Program-made: the position numbers and the translations under genes
Shown: positions 38,216 to 48,770 of the stretch, piece by piece
How the letters are laid out: each line of letters begins with the position of its first letter
How positions within the stretch are numbered: position 1 is the stretch's first letter
Notes under the pieces: generated by a model
Seen by the model: only the letters and a program-made list of their open reading frames with translations
What the model was told of the DNA's origin: nothing
Database searches by the model: none
DNA from: an uncultured Candidatus Binatia bacterium
GTDB taxonomy: Bacteria; Desulfobacterota; Binatia; Bin18
Assembly (NCBI GenBank): GCA_965200965.1
Contig: OZ241744.1
Span: 1,888,001 to 1,952,000 of the forward strand
Direction: 5' to 3'
DNA: 64,000 nt

Positions 38216-38288
38216 CTGAGGTGGTAGGACTCGAACCTACAATCGCCTGATCCAGAGTCAGGTGGCTTACCAATTAGCCCACACCTCA
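38216..38288 (-). tRNA. tRNA-Gln(CTG)
   Basis: TGAGGTG acceptor stem, CCTGA-CTCTGGA-TCAGG anticodon arm, GGTTCGAGTCC. Confidence 0.96.
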
Positions 38289-38322
38289 ACAAGCCAGAAA
38301 ATAAAGAACCGCTGAGCCAAAG

Positions 38323-39741
38323 TCAAGCCGAAACCTGCCCTTTTCCGGTCCCCAGGGTCGTCAGGGCAGTATCCAGACGGGCCAGCGTTTGGCCCTGACC
38401 CAGAGCAGCCATCACCTCGAAAATCCCGGGACTGGCCGTCCCGCCGGTCAGCGCCACTCGCACCGGTTGGGCAATTTTACCCAGCTTGAGACCGAGGTCT
38501 TGCATCAGACCGCTGAAGATGAGATGCAGGCCCTGTTCGGTCCAGTCCGGAGCCTGGCTGAGCCGGCAGCGAACCTGTTCAAGGACGGCTACGCCATCTG
38601 GCGTCAGAAATTTTTTGCGCGCCTTTTCCTCAAACGTCACCTTCCCGGTGAGATAAAAATGCGCCGCAGCCGCCAGCTCGCTCAAGGTTTTGGCTCGGGG
38701 CTGGATCGTCTTCAGCATCCGCCCGAGCCGCTCGTCGTCGGGCAAGTCATAACCTTTCAGGAAGGGTTTCACCTCTTGGCTGAGTTGGGCCAACGGGCGG
38801 GCCTGCTGGTACTGAAAATTGAGCCATTCCAATTTCTCGGCGTTAAACACCCCGGCCGATTTGCCGACATCGGCAAGGCGGAATGTATTGATCAACTCAG
38901 CCCGCGAGAACACTTCGTCGTCGCCGTGTGACCAGCCTAAGCGAGCAAGAAAATTGACCAAAGCGTCAGGCAGATAGCCCATCTCACGATAGGCCCGCAC
39001 CGCGGTGGCCCCGTGCCGTTTGCTGAGCCGGACCCGGTCGGGGCCGAGAATCAGGGGCAGGTGGGCAAAGGCCGGCGGAGCGGCATCCAGGGCTTGAAAA
39101 ATCAGGACTTGGCGTGGGGTATTGGTCAGGTGATCGTCCCCACGTACGATATGGCTGATCCGCAGGTCGGCATCGTCACAGACGGAACAGAAGTTATAGG
39201 TCGGCGAGCCGTCCGAACGAACCAGGATCAGGTCGTCAAGTTCCTGATTCTGAAAAACGACCCGGCCCTTGATGATGTCATCAACGACCGTCTGCCCTTC
39301 TTTGGGTCCCTTGAAACGGACTGTAAACGGCCGCCGGTCGCCCGGTTGAGGAGTGGCGGTGCGACACGTCCCGTCGTAAGCCGGCTGGCGGCCCGCGGCC
39401 AGGGCGGCTTGGCGTTTGGCCTGTAAATCTTGTGGCGTGCAGTAGCAGCGGTAGGCTTTGGCCTGACGCAGCAAGCGATCGCCAGCCTCGTGATACAGGG
39501 CCGTGCGCTGGCTCTGAAAATAGGGGCCTTCATCGCCGTCCAGCCCAAGCCAGAGCAGCGCATCCAGGATATCGGCCTGAAATTCCGGGGTTGAGCGTTG
39601 CCGGTCGGTATCGTCAATACGCAGCACGAACGTACCACCATGTTCTTTGGCGGCCAGATAGGCGAACAACGCGGTACGCGCGCCGCCGATGTGCAGACAG
39701 CCAGTTGGACTAGGGGCAAAACGTGAACGAACCGTTGTCAT
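38323..39741 (-). CDS. gltX: Glutamate--tRNA ligase
   Basis: RFAPSPTGCLHIGGART, RGDDHLTNT, LSKRHG, RVALTG. Confidence 0.97.
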   Translation of the reverse strand: MTTVRSRFAPSPTGCLHIGGARTALFAYLAAKEHGGTFVLRIDDTDRQRSTPEFQADILDALLWLGLDGDEGPYFQSQRTALYHEAGDRLLRQAKAYRCYCTPQDLQAKRQAALAAGRQPAYDGTCRTATPQPGDRRPFTVRFKGPKEGQTVVDDIIKGRVVFQNQELDDLILVRSDGSPTYNFCSVCDDADLRISHIVRGDDHLTNTPRQVLIFQALDAAPPAFAHLPLILGPDRVRLSKRHGATAVRAYREMGYLPDALVNFLARLGWSHGDDEVFSRAELINTFRLADVGKSAGVFNAEKLEWLNFQYQQARPLAQLSQEVKPFLKGYDLPDDERLGRMLKTIQPRAKTLSELAAAAHFYLTGKVTFEEKARKKFLTPDGVAVLEQVRCRLSQAPDWTEQGLHLIFSGLMQDLGLKLGKIAQPVRVALTGGTASPGIFEVMAALGQGQTLARLDTALTTLGTGKGQVSA

Positions 39742-39850
39742 GGCCGAACGCTAACAGGCAGCTGAGGAGTGCGTCAACGCCGGCCGGACAGGAAACTTCC
39801 TACAGGGGTTTGAGTTCTGTGGTATCATCAGCTATGCTCCCGGCCAGACC

Positions 39851-39923
39851 GAGCCGATAGCTCAGTCGGTAGAGCATCTGCCTTTTAAGCAGAGGGTCCC
39901 GGGTTCGAGCCCCGGTCGGCTCA
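39851..39923 (+). tRNA. tRNA-Lys(TTT)
   Basis: GAGCCGATAGCTCAGTCGGTAGAGCA TCTGC-CTTTTAA-GCAGA...GGTTCGAGCCC...CGGCTCA. Confidence 0.97.
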
Positions 39924-39947
39924 CTCCCTCTATCCGTCCCTCCACAT

Positions 39948-40022
<75 letters not shown>

Positions 40023-40032
40023 TCCCGCCCTG

Positions 40033-40575
40033 TCAGCCCAGCCTTTTGGCCACCTCGGCCAAGCGCGGCGCGCGGCGGTCCTTGTCCGACACAATCGGCT
40101 CCGCAACAGGCCAGTCAATACCAATTTCAGGATCGTTCCAGACAATCCCGATTTCGTCGCTCGGGTCGTGGAAGTCCGTACATTTATAGACCACCTCGGC
40201 GCTCTGGCTGAGCACACAAAAGCCGTGGGCAAAGCCGGGCGGCACATAGGCTTGGCGGAAATTTTGGGCGGACAGCCGTAGCCCGACCCAGCGCCCAAAT
40301 GTGGCTGAGCGGGGACGGATATCGACCGCAACGTCAAAAATCTCGCCCTGAATCACGCGCACCAGCTTGCCCTGTGGATGCCGCCTTTGAGCGTGCAGGC
40401 CACGCAGGGTGTTGTGTCGCGAGCGGGAATGATTATCCTGGACGAAGATCGCGGGAATGCTCGCCTCGGCATATTTGCGGGCGTGGTAGGTTTCGAGGAA
40501 AAACCCTCGCTCGTCCTGGAAGACATCGGGCTCAACAACAAAGACCTCAGGCAGAGCGGTGGAATAGACTTTCAT
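40033..40575 (-). CDS. rfbC: dTDP-4-dehydrorhamnose 3,5-epimerase
   Basis: [33 protein letters not shown]. Confidence 0.95.
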   Translation of the reverse strand: MKVYSTALPEVFVVEPDVFQDERGFFLETYHARKYAEASIPAIFVQDNHSRSRHNTLRGLHAQRRHPQGKLVRVIQGEIFDVAVDIRPRSATFGRWVGLRLSAQNFRQAYVPPGFAHGFCVLSQSAEVVYKCTDFHDPSDEIGIVWNDPEIGIDWPVAEPIVSDKDRRAPRLAEVAKRLG

Positions 40576-40736
40576 TGAGCGCCCTTCGCGCGGCTCCAAC
40601 TCCAGGACCTGATGTACGCGAAATCCGGACCGGAGGAAAGACCGCTGGCTTGCCTTCTGCCCTCCAAGCCGTATACAAAACGTGATGGGTCGGCCTTGCC
40701 GCTGTGTTCCATACACCGTCCAGAAAAGGAAGAGCC

Positions 40737-43451
40737 ATGCCGCATAATCTTTTTAGTAGCTTGCAAACTTTCGAGCTGGGAAACGGTCAGACGGCTCAGT
40801 TGTACTCTTTGCCCCAGCTGGAACACGAGGGCATCGGGCACATCTCGCGCCTGCCAATCAGCATTCGCATTGTGCTCGAATCGGTGCTGCGCAACTACGA
40901 CGGGACGCGCATTGAGGAGCGCGATGTGCGCAATGTCGCCGGCTGGGGCCCGAACGATACCCGGACCGCAGAAATTCCGTTCACCGTTGCCCGGATTGTC
41001 TTGCAGGATTTTACCGGCGTGCCCCTGCTGGTTGACTTGGCTGCCATGCGCTCAGCGGTTGCCAAGCTGGGCAAAGACCCGAAACTGATTGAGCCGCTGG
41101 TGCCGGTCGATCTGGTCGTTGACCACTCGATCCAGGTTGATTATGCCGGTGTTGGCAACGCCCTGCAGCGGAATATGCAGAAAGAATTTGAGCGCAATCA
41201 GGCGCGCTATCAATTCCTCAAATGGGGGATGCAAGCTTTTGACAGCTTTAAGGTCGTGCCCCCCGGCATCGGCATCGTCCACCAGGTCAATCTCGAATAC
41301 CTGGCCAAGGGAGTGCTGGAAAAAGACGGGGTATATTACCCGGATACGCTGGTCGGGACCGACTCGCACACCACGATGATCAACGGTCTGGGTGTGGTCG
41401 GTTGGGGTGTTGGTGGCATTGAGGCTGAAGCCGGCATGCTGGGACAGCCGGTCTACTTCCTGACCCCGGATGTCGTGGGCGTGCATATGACGGGGTCGCT
41501 GCGGGAAGGCGTGACCGCAACCGACCTGGTGCTCCACTGCACCGAGATGCTGCGAGCGGCAAAAGTCGTGGGCAAGTTTGTCGAGTTCCACGGAGAAGGA
41601 GCGGCCCAGCTACCGCTGACCGACCGCGCCACCATTGCCAATATGGCCCCGGAATATGGCGCAACCATGGGCTTTTTCCCTGTTGATGAAGAGACCTGTC
41701 GCTATCTCGAAGCAACCGGTCGAAGCGAGGAGCAGGTCAGCGCGTTTCGGCGCTACTTCCAGGCCCAAGACATGTTCGGCATTCCAGGCAAAGATCAGTG
41801 TGCCTATAGCCAAGTCCTGGAACTCAATCTGGCCGATGTGCAGCCGGCGGTGGCCGGTCCGAAACGTCCCCAGGATCGGCTCAACCTGCCAGACCTCAAA
41901 CAGACCTTTCGCGACCTGTTTCAGAAGCCGGCCAGTGAAAGCGGCTATGATAAGTCGCCAGACGACCTTGACAAACGCTATCCAGTCAGCAGCTCGGCTT
42001 CTCCAGGCGGGCCGGTCGATATCGGCCACGGCGATGTGCTGATTGCGGCCATTACCTCATGCACCAATACCTCAAACCCGAGCGTCATGCTGGCGGCCGG
42101 CCTCGTAGCCAAAAAAGCGGTCGAAAAAGGCTTGACACTCCGCCCAACGGTCAGAGCGTCTTTAGGCCCAGGTTCGCGCGTGGTCACCGCATACCTGGAA
42201 AAAACCGGGCTCCAGACCTATCTGGATCAGCTGGGCTTTCATCTGGTCGGCTACGGCTGCACCACCTGTATCGGCAATTCGGGCCCGCTCGACCCCGATA
42301 TTGAGGCTACGGTGACGACAAACGACCTCATCACCGCCAGCGTATTGAGCGGTAATCGGAACTTTGAGGCGCGGGTGCATCAGAATATCAAGACCAATTT
42401 TCTGATGAGCCCGCCCCTGGTCGTGGCCTTTGCGTTGGCCGGCCAAGTCGATATTGACCTGAACACCGAGCCGCTGGGCAGCGGCACCGATGGTCAGCCG
42501 GTCTATCTGCGCGACCTGTGGCCGAGTTCCTCAGAAATCCAGGCTTTGATCCAGGCCGCGCGCGAGCCTCACACATATCGCGGTTTGTACGCCGACCTCA
42601 ATGCTGACAACCCCTTGTGGAACGATATCTCCAGCACCACCGGCAATCTGTACGACTGGGACTCGGCTTCAACTTATATTCAAGAGCCACCGTTCTTTGA
42701 GGCGTTTGGACTTGAGCCTGGTACCATCAGCACGATCAGAGGTGCCCGGCCGCTGGCCGTGTTGGGTGATTCGGTCACCACCGACCACATCAGTCCGGCC
42801 GGGGCGATCAAACCAACCTCGCCCGCCGGTCAGTATCTGCAAGACAACGGGGTCGGCATCCCAGATTTTAACAGCTACGGCTCACGGCGGGGCAATGACC
42901 GGGTGATGACCCGGGGCACATTTGCGAATGTCCGGATTAGGAACCTGATGGTACCGGGCTCTGAAGGCGGGGTGACCCAGTACTACGCCAACGGCACCGG
43001 CCAGCAGATGGACATCTATGACGCCGCTGTCCAATATCAGGCCACCGGTACGCCGCTGGTCGTCATTGCCGGCCAAGAATATGGGACGGGCAGCTCACGC
43101 GACTGGGCGGCCAAGGGCACAGCCCTGCTTGGAGTGAGGGTGGTGATTGCCCAGAGTTTTGAGCGAATTCATCGGAGTAACCTGGTCGGCATGGGCGTGT
43201 TGCCATGTCAGTTCAAAGACGGCACCAGCGCCCAGTCGCTGCGGCTGGACGGCAGTGAGACCTTTGATCTGACAGGCATCGCCGACGACCTCAGACCCCG
43301 GCAAGACGCAACACTGACAATCCACCGGGCGAGTGGAGAAAGTCAAGACCTTACGGTAAGCGTCCGGATCGATACGCCAATAGAAGTCGAATACTATCGG
43401 CACGGCGGGATTCTGCACTATGTGCTACGGCAGTTGATCAGCCGGGTCTAG
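40737..43451 (+). CDS. acnA: Aconitate hydratase A
   Basis: [49 protein letters not shown]. Confidence 0.98.
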   Translation: MPHNLFSSLQTFELGNGQTAQLYSLPQLEHEGIGHISRLPISIRIVLESVLRNYDGTRIEERDVRNVAGWGPNDTRTAEIPFTVARIVLQDFTGVPLLVDLAAMRSAVAKLGKDPKLIEPLVPVDLVVDHSIQVDYAGVGNALQRNMQKEFERNQARYQFLKWGMQAFDSFKVVPPGIGIVHQVNLEYLAKGVLEKDGVYYPDTLVGTDSHTTMINGLGVVGWGVGGIEAEAGMLGQPVYFLTPDVVGVHMTGSLREGVTATDLVLHCTEMLRAAKVVGKFVEFHGEGAAQLPLTDRATIANMAPEYGATMGFFPVDEETCRYLEATGRSEEQVSAFRRYFQAQDMFGIPGKDQCAYSQVLELNLADVQPAVAGPKRPQDRLNLPDLKQTFRDLFQKPASESGYDKSPDDLDKRYPVSSSASPGGPVDIGHGDVLIAAITSCTNTSNPSVMLAAGLVAKKAVEKGLTLRPTVRASLGPGSRVVTAYLEKTGLQTYLDQLGFHLVGYGCTTCIGNSGPLDPDIEATVTTNDLITASVLSGNRNFEARVHQNIKTNFLMSPPLVVAFALAGQVDIDLNTEPLGSGTDGQPVYLRDLWPSSSEIQALIQAAREPHTYRGLYADLNADNPLWNDISSTTGNLYDWDSASTYIQEPPFFEAFGLEPGTISTIRGARPLAVLGDSVTTDHISPAGAIKPTSPAGQYLQDNGVGIPDFNSYGSRRGNDRVMTRGTFANVRIRNLMVPGSEGGVTQYYANGTGQQMDIYDAAVQYQATGTPLVVIAGQEYGTGSSRDWAAKGTALLGVRVVIAQSFERIHRSNLVGMGVLPCQFKDGTSAQSLRLDGSETFDLTGIADDLRPRQDATLTIHRASGESQDLTVSVRIDTPIEVEYYRHGGILHYVLRQLISRV

Positions 43452-43463
43452 GGAACACGCGAG

Positions 43464-44036
43464 CTAGCCCTTTTTCCGGCCCTGGGGGAAACGCTTATTG
43501 TGCTCTTCAATGACTTGGTCGGTCAGATCGATATCTTGCTTGCCGTATAAGACGACGGTGTTATTGCCCTCCAGAACAACCGTATATGCACCTTGTTCGC
43601 CTAGCTCAGCCACAATCTGTTGCAACTGGACCATGATCCGACTGGTCAGCTGCCGATCTTTGATCTTCAGATCTTCTTCGGCATCCTTATACCGCCGTTC
43701 AAAATCCCGCAGGCTCTGACGGTAGTCCTGTCCCAGTGCGTCACGTTCTTCCTCGCGGAGGACCATGACCTTCTTTTCCAGTTCATCCTTGAGCTTTTCG
43801 ACGCGCTCCCTCTGCTGCTGCAAACGGCGCTCTGAATTCTCGACCGCCTTCTTGAGTTGGTCTTGGGCCTTTTTGCCCGCCTCACACTCGGACATCGCCC
43901 GTACCAGATCGACATAGCCGATTTTTATGGGTGTCGGATCGTTCTGGCCCTCCTCCTGGGCTGCCCCTCCGATCGCGATCAGAAAAAAGGCAAAAGCCAA
44001 GATTATTGATGACAGTACAAAGGACAGCCGACGCAT
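43464..44036 (-). CDS. skp: OmpH/Skp periplasmic chaperone
   Basis: Signal peptide, KIGYVDL, long coiled coil, DLTDQVI. Confidence 0.9.
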   Translation of the reverse strand: MRRLSFVLSSIILAFAFFLIAIGGAAQEEGQNDPTPIKIGYVDLVRAMSECEAGKKAQDQLKKAVENSERRLQQQRERVEKLKDELEKKVMVLREEERDALGQDYRQSLRDFERRYKDAEEDLKIKDRQLTSRIMVQLQQIVAELGEQGAYTVVLEGNNTVVLYGKQDIDLTDQVIEEHNKRFPQGRKKG

Positions 44037-44244
44037 GATATCCTCCTCCTCACACGAGACTTCTGAGCAACCTCGTAACTATAGCCCGCCAGGGCAGGGG
44101 CAGACAAGAACAGCACCGTTCTTTTTTATGAGGCCTGCCCCTCATCAGCCCAGGCCTCAGTTCCGCACCTTCCCTGTCCGCCTCTTGCCGCTGGGCTGCG
44201 TGGTGTGCTCCAAGTGGGGCTCAGACCCATGCGCAAGAACAGAG

Positions 44245-44949
44245 ATGCATAGGGATCGAACACCCTGGAGACGGCGGCTGAAACGCCTTGGATTCGGTCT
44301 CGGGCTGCTAGGCGTGGTGTTCCTGCCTCAGCCGAGTCGGGCCGAAGAGAACTTGCTCGGCCGCTACGACTCCATCCCCGGCTCCTACAATTTCGTTCGG
44401 CGCGCCCCTCAGGGGGCACGGCCGGATTCGGTCAGACTGACCGTCTTTGAGGACTTCCTGTGCGCGGCCTACTACCAGGCGGCTACCCATCTCATCCCCA
44501 AGCTCCAAAAAAAATACGGCACCCGTTTGCGGGTCAAGTTCCTCGGCTACCCGCTTGTCGATCAAAAGTCCTCTATCCCGGCCCGCGCCTACGCCTTGGC
44601 CGACGAGTTTGGTCTCCGCCAGGAAATGCAACAGGCGCTCTTCCAGGTCCAGTTTGAAGAGAGGCTCGACATCACCAGTCGGGACGGGCTGGCCCGAGTA
44701 GCGGACAGGATCGGGCTTGATCCAGAGTTGCTGCTGAACCGCTTGGCGGACGAAGACGGCAAGGCTGAGGTCGCCCGCATTGTGGCCTTGGGACGCCGCT
44801 ACCAGATCGATTCCGTACCGGGTTTTATTCTTGACGGCTGGATCCGGGTCAAGACCGTTTCCCAGACCAACCTTGAAACCATTATCGACGGCCTCCTGGA
44901 ACGGAAGCTCAATCATGGCGGCTCGCCCTCCCCTTCTCCGGGGAGGTGA
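44245..44949 (+). CDS. DsbA/thioredoxin-fold protein with degenerate CxxC
   Basis: VFEDFLCAAY, IDSVPGFILDG cis-Pro region; signal/TM segment. Confidence 0.75.
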   Translation: MHRDRTPWRRRLKRLGFGLGLLGVVFLPQPSRAEENLLGRYDSIPGSYNFVRRAPQGARPDSVRLTVFEDFLCAAYYQAATHLIPKLQKKYGTRLRVKFLGYPLVDQKSSIPARAYALADEFGLRQEMQQALFQVQFEERLDITSRDGLARVADRIGLDPELLLNRLADEDGKAEVARIVALGRRYQIDSVPGFILDGWIRVKTVSQTNLETIIDGLLERKLNHGGSPSPSPGR

Positions 44950-45097
44950 AAAAAGCCTCTGATGGGATCATTGACCTTTGCCCTTGTTTTCTGTCATAGA
45001 GGCAGTATGGAGAGGATAAGGTTATGGAACGTGGTCCACCCTATGGCCCTGTCTCAACATCGTATCGTCGTAACAACCCCACGAAGGAGGGAACCCC

Positions 45098-46462
45098 ATG
45101 AGACTGAAGAAACTCTTTGGAACCGTCTGCGCGGCGCTGGCCATCGGCGCGCTCAGCCTGGCGGCCCCAGCCAACGCGGCCTATGAGGACTGTAATCTCG
45201 TCAAATGTATCGGGCCTGAGCACGAGCCTACGGGAGAGGTTTTCACCAAAGACAATATGGCGGAAGCCGGTGAGTTGCTCATCCCCGGCGTTCAGTGGTA
45301 CGTCCAGCAGGGTATGGAGATCAAGGTCATCAAGACGATCAAGATCCCCCTGCCCAAGCTGTTCCAGGAAGCGACCGAGAAATACTCCGGCCAAGTCGAG
45401 ATCTCGCCGGACGGCCGCGAGATGTTCAACTATGTGGCCGGGGTACCTTTTCCCAACATTGACCCCAACGATCCGCTGGCCGGGGCCAAGCTCATGTGGA
45501 ACCAGGAGCAGAAACCCCAGTATGTGGACAATGTCGGGACCGAATGGATCACTGAGCTGGTCAACAACAAGGGGGAACTGGAGCGGACCTATGGCTCGCA
45601 GTTCTGGCGGCGCATGATGTGGACAGGCCGCCTGTACACCGATCCGAAGCCGGTCATACCCAATAACCCGCCGCTGCGCTACACTGAGCAGTTCGGGCCG
45701 CTGTTCATCCCCAACGACCTCAAGGGCGCGGGCGTACTGAATAACCGCTATCTGGGCATGGATGTGCCGGATGACTCCTATATGTACCTGCCGGAACTCC
45801 GCCGGGTGCGGCGGATCAGCGTGGCCAACCGGAGTGACGCCTTCTGGGGGACCGATATGGACTTGGACTCGCTGTGGGGCTTCAACTCCAAGCACTCCTA
45901 CTGGACCTTCCGGCTGCTGGCTGAAAAAGACATCCTGGCCCCGGTTCACATTGGACTGTACGGCACCCGCAATGTGTGGTGCGCCGAGCCGGACGGCACG
46001 AGCGGCACAATGGCCTTCATCCCCTGCAATATACCGTGGGAGCGGCGGGCCGTGTATGTGGTTGAAGGGATTCCATCGGCCTACAGCCAGTACGCCTACT
46101 CCAAGCGCATCATGTACATCGACAAAGACTTCTGGGGCATGAGTTTTGCCGAGATGTATGACCAGGGCGGCGAACTGTGGAAGTTCTGGTTCAACATGTT
46201 CAACTATGTCTCCACGCCGTATGAGGGCTATCCGGCCAACAAGCTGGAAGGTGCCGCGTATAACTACGAAGATGTGTGGGCCTTCACACCACACGGTCAA
46301 GGCTCTGACCTCCAGTTGGCGCACGCGACCAAGTGGGACGCACCGTCCGGCTACTCCCGCTCGGCCAGTGAGTGGACCCAGGAGTGGTACTTCAACGAGC
46401 AAACCCCGATTAACACCCCAGAGGCGTTCTCGGTGAACTTCCTGATCCGCAGCGCTCGCTAA
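45098..46462 (+). CDS. DUF1329 domain protein (LolA-like fold, exported)
   Basis: AGVPFPNIDPNDPLAGAKLMWN, YLPELRRVRRIS, RSDAFWG, YSKRIMYID, YDQGGELWK. Confidence 0.85.
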   Translation: MRLKKLFGTVCAALAIGALSLAAPANAAYEDCNLVKCIGPEHEPTGEVFTKDNMAEAGELLIPGVQWYVQQGMEIKVIKTIKIPLPKLFQEATEKYSGQVEISPDGREMFNYVAGVPFPNIDPNDPLAGAKLMWNQEQKPQYVDNVGTEWITELVNNKGELERTYGSQFWRRMMWTGRLYTDPKPVIPNNPPLRYTEQFGPLFIPNDLKGAGVLNNRYLGMDVPDDSYMYLPELRRVRRISVANRSDAFWGTDMDLDSLWGFNSKHSYWTFRLLAEKDILAPVHIGLYGTRNVWCAEPDGTSGTMAFIPCNIPWERRAVYVVEGIPSAYSQYAYSKRIMYIDKDFWGMSFAEMYDQGGELWKFWFNMFNYVSTPYEGYPANKLEGAAYNYEDVWAFTPHGQGSDLQLAHATKWDAPSGYSRSASEWTQEWYFNEQTPINTPEAFSVNFLIRSAR

Positions 46463-46471
46463 AGATCAGCC

Positions 46472-46500
46472 CTGAGTGGGGCACTTCGGTGCCTCACTCA
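46472..46500. terminator. Hairpin after DUF1329 gene (terminator or stabiliser)
   Basis: TGAGTGGGGCAC-TTCG-GTGCCTCACTCA with UUCG tetraloop. Confidence 0.55.
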
Positions 46501-46597
46501 CCCCTGTGTGACAGGGAGGCAGGAGGATTACTGCCTTTCCCCCTCTCCATTTTTTTGCTACACAACCCCCACACCTTTCAGACAAAGAGAGGGACCT

Positions 46598-46951
46598 ATG
46601 GCAGAAGAACACCAGGTTGCAGAAGACGAATCACTGGCCAAGCTCGCGTGGGGCTATGTCGGCGTCGGCGTTTTATGGTTGGCGCTGATCCTGTCCGGTA
46701 TCGCCTTTGAGCGTTTAGGACTCACCTCGCCTCTCTTCTCTGGGATTCTGCCCGGAGAGGTCGGCAGCCTCCGTCAGCAAAACGCCGAATTCGATCAGAA
46801 CCTCAAAAGCGTCACCCAGGAACGGGACGTACTCAGCCGACGTGCCGACACATTCAAGCGGCAGCTTGAGCAGGCCGAGAACAAAGTCGCCGACCTGCAA
46901 GCCCAGCTTGACCAGTTCAAGGCCGCCCCTCCGCCCTCCGGCTCCGAATGA
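46598..46951 (+). CDS. Hypothetical membrane-anchored coiled-coil protein
   Basis: One TM helix then coiled coil; GAGGGA RBS. Confidence 0.7.
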   Translation: MAEEHQVAEDESLAKLAWGYVGVGVLWLALILSGIAFERLGLTSPLFSGILPGEVGSLRQQNAEFDQNLKSVTQERDVLSRRADTFKRQLEQAENKVADLQAQLDQFKAAPPPSGSE

Positions 46952-46990
46952 GGAAGCAAGCGCAGCACCAGACGCGCGGATGAAGGCCGT

Positions 46991-47950
46991 ATGATCGAAG
47001 TCCACAAGGTCACCAAATACTACGGTCAGGTCCGGGCTCTCCACAAGGTTTCCTTCAATGTCCGGGAAGGAGAGATCGTCGGCTTGCTCGGCCCCAACGG
47101 CTCGGGCAAAACCACGCTCATGCGTATCCTGACCGGCTTCTTCCCGCCGACCGAGGGCCGGGTGGTAGTGGCCGGCCACGATGTCGAAACCGCGTCTTTG
47201 GAGATGCGCCGCAAGCTCGGCTATTTGGCCGAAAATGTCGTGCTGTATCCAGATATGACGGTCCGCGCTTTTCTGGGCTTCTGCGTGCGGGTGAAAACGG
47301 CCACCGGGGCGGAACGACACACACAGGTCAAGCGCGTGCTTGACCTGTGTGGCCTCAGCCATATGGCCCGCCGCCACATCGGCACCCTGTCCAAGGGCTA
47401 TCGCCAGCGAGTCGGTCTCGCCCAAGCCCTGCTGTGTGAGCCCCAGGTCTTGATTCTCGACGAACCCACGATTGGTCTTGACCCACACCAGTTGATCGAT
47501 ATGCGGGAGTTGATTAAGAGCCTGGGCGGAAAAACGACGGTGTTGTTATCGAGCCACATTCTGGCCGAGGTTGCCCAGGTGTGTCACCGTGTCGTCATTA
47601 TCGACAAAGGCCAAATCCTGGCCGAGGATACTCCGGCGGGACTCAGCCAACGCCTGCAATCCGCCACCCAGACGAGGATGCGGATTGCCGGCCCGGTCAA
47701 GGAGATTCAAAACGCGCTGAAAGCCCTCCCCGGAGTGAGTGAGGTCATCCTCCAGGACGCCGCCGAAGAGCAGGATGAACAGCCGGGCCAGATCTTTCTT
47801 GTCCACTCACAAGACCGCACGCTCAGCCACCAACTCGCCGAACTGGTGGTCAACCGAGGCTGGTCCCTGCATGAGCTCAACCCGCTCACCGCCGGCTTGG
47901 AGGAGCTCTTTGTACGCCTGACAAAAGAGGAACACCGTCCAGCGGCCTAG
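46991..47950 (+). CDS. ABC transporter ATP-binding protein (GldA-like)
   Basis: GPNGSGKTT, LSKGYRQRVG, LILDEPT, SSHIL. Confidence 0.93.
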   Translation: MIEVHKVTKYYGQVRALHKVSFNVREGEIVGLLGPNGSGKTTLMRILTGFFPPTEGRVVVAGHDVETASLEMRRKLGYLAENVVLYPDMTVRAFLGFCVRVKTATGAERHTQVKRVLDLCGLSHMARRHIGTLSKGYRQRVGLAQALLCEPQVLILDEPTIGLDPHQLIDMRELIKSLGGKTTVLLSSHILAEVAQVCHRVVIIDKGQILAEDTPAGLSQRLQSATQTRMRIAGPVKEIQNALKALPGVSEVILQDAAEEQDEQPGQIFLVHSQDRTLSHQLAELVVNRGWSLHELNPLTAGLEELFVRLTKEEHRPAA

Positions 47951-48002
47951 CCGGCCGGCCCCCCGACCGGCTCAGAATGGATGCCTCTGTAGGAGATGGA
48001 AA

Positions 48003-48770
48003 ATGGGACAGGCAGGCACATTCCTGATCAATTTTCGGGCCATCGTCGCCAAAGAGCTTCGCTCGTACTTTCTGTCGCCGTTCATCTATCTTGTCACCGC
48101 AGTCTTTCTGCTGGTCAGCGGCTATTATTTTTATACCGACCTCATCTTCTATGTGCAGTTCGGTTTTGGCCTCAACATCATTGAAAATTTTTGGCAACTC
48201 CTTTTTACCGATATCCGCCTGATGCTGCTGCTGGCTGTTCCGTTCTTGACCATGCGGTTGTTTGCCGAAGAAAAGCGACTGGGAACGATTGAGCTGCTGC
48301 TGACCTATCCGATGCGGGACGCTGAGCTGTATCTGGGCAAGTTTGTTGCCTGTAGCCTCGCCACCCTGTTTATGCTGTCCTTTACCGTGGTCTATCCCGT
48401 TCTGGTCTACTGGGTGCAGCCGTTCAACTGGACGCTTGTCCTGGCCGGCTATAGCGGACTGGTGCTCATCGCCCTGGCCTGCATCGCGTGTGGCCTCTTC
48501 ATTTCCTCGCTGACCGATAACCAGGTGGTGGCCGGCTTTGCCGCACTGTGTACGCTGCTGTTCTTCTGGATCCTGAGTTGGAATGAGGGTGCCACCCGCG
48601 AGGGCTTCCTGTACTGGTTGGCCCAAACCTCCATGGTCACCCATTTTCAGGGTTTTGCCCAGGGATTTATCGACAGCAAAGAGGTCACTTTCTTCTTCGC
48701 CTTTGTGCTGTTCTTCAGCTTTTTGACCCTCCGTTCGCTCGAATCCCGCCAGTGGAAGGGACGCCGATGA
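48003..48770 (+). CDS. ABC-2 permease (GldF-like)
   Basis: KELRSYFLSP, TMRLFAEEKRLGTIELLLT. Confidence 0.9.
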   Translation: MGQAGTFLINFRAIVAKELRSYFLSPFIYLVTAVFLLVSGYYFYTDLIFYVQFGFGLNIIENFWQLLFTDIRLMLLLAVPFLTMRLFAEEKRLGTIELLLTYPMRDAELYLGKFVACSLATLFMLSFTVVYPVLVYWVQPFNWTLVLAGYSGLVLIALACIACGLFISSLTDNQVVAGFAALCTLLFFWILSWNEGATREGFLYWLAQTSMVTHFQGFAQGFIDSKEVTFFFAFVLFFSFLTLRSLESRQWKGRR

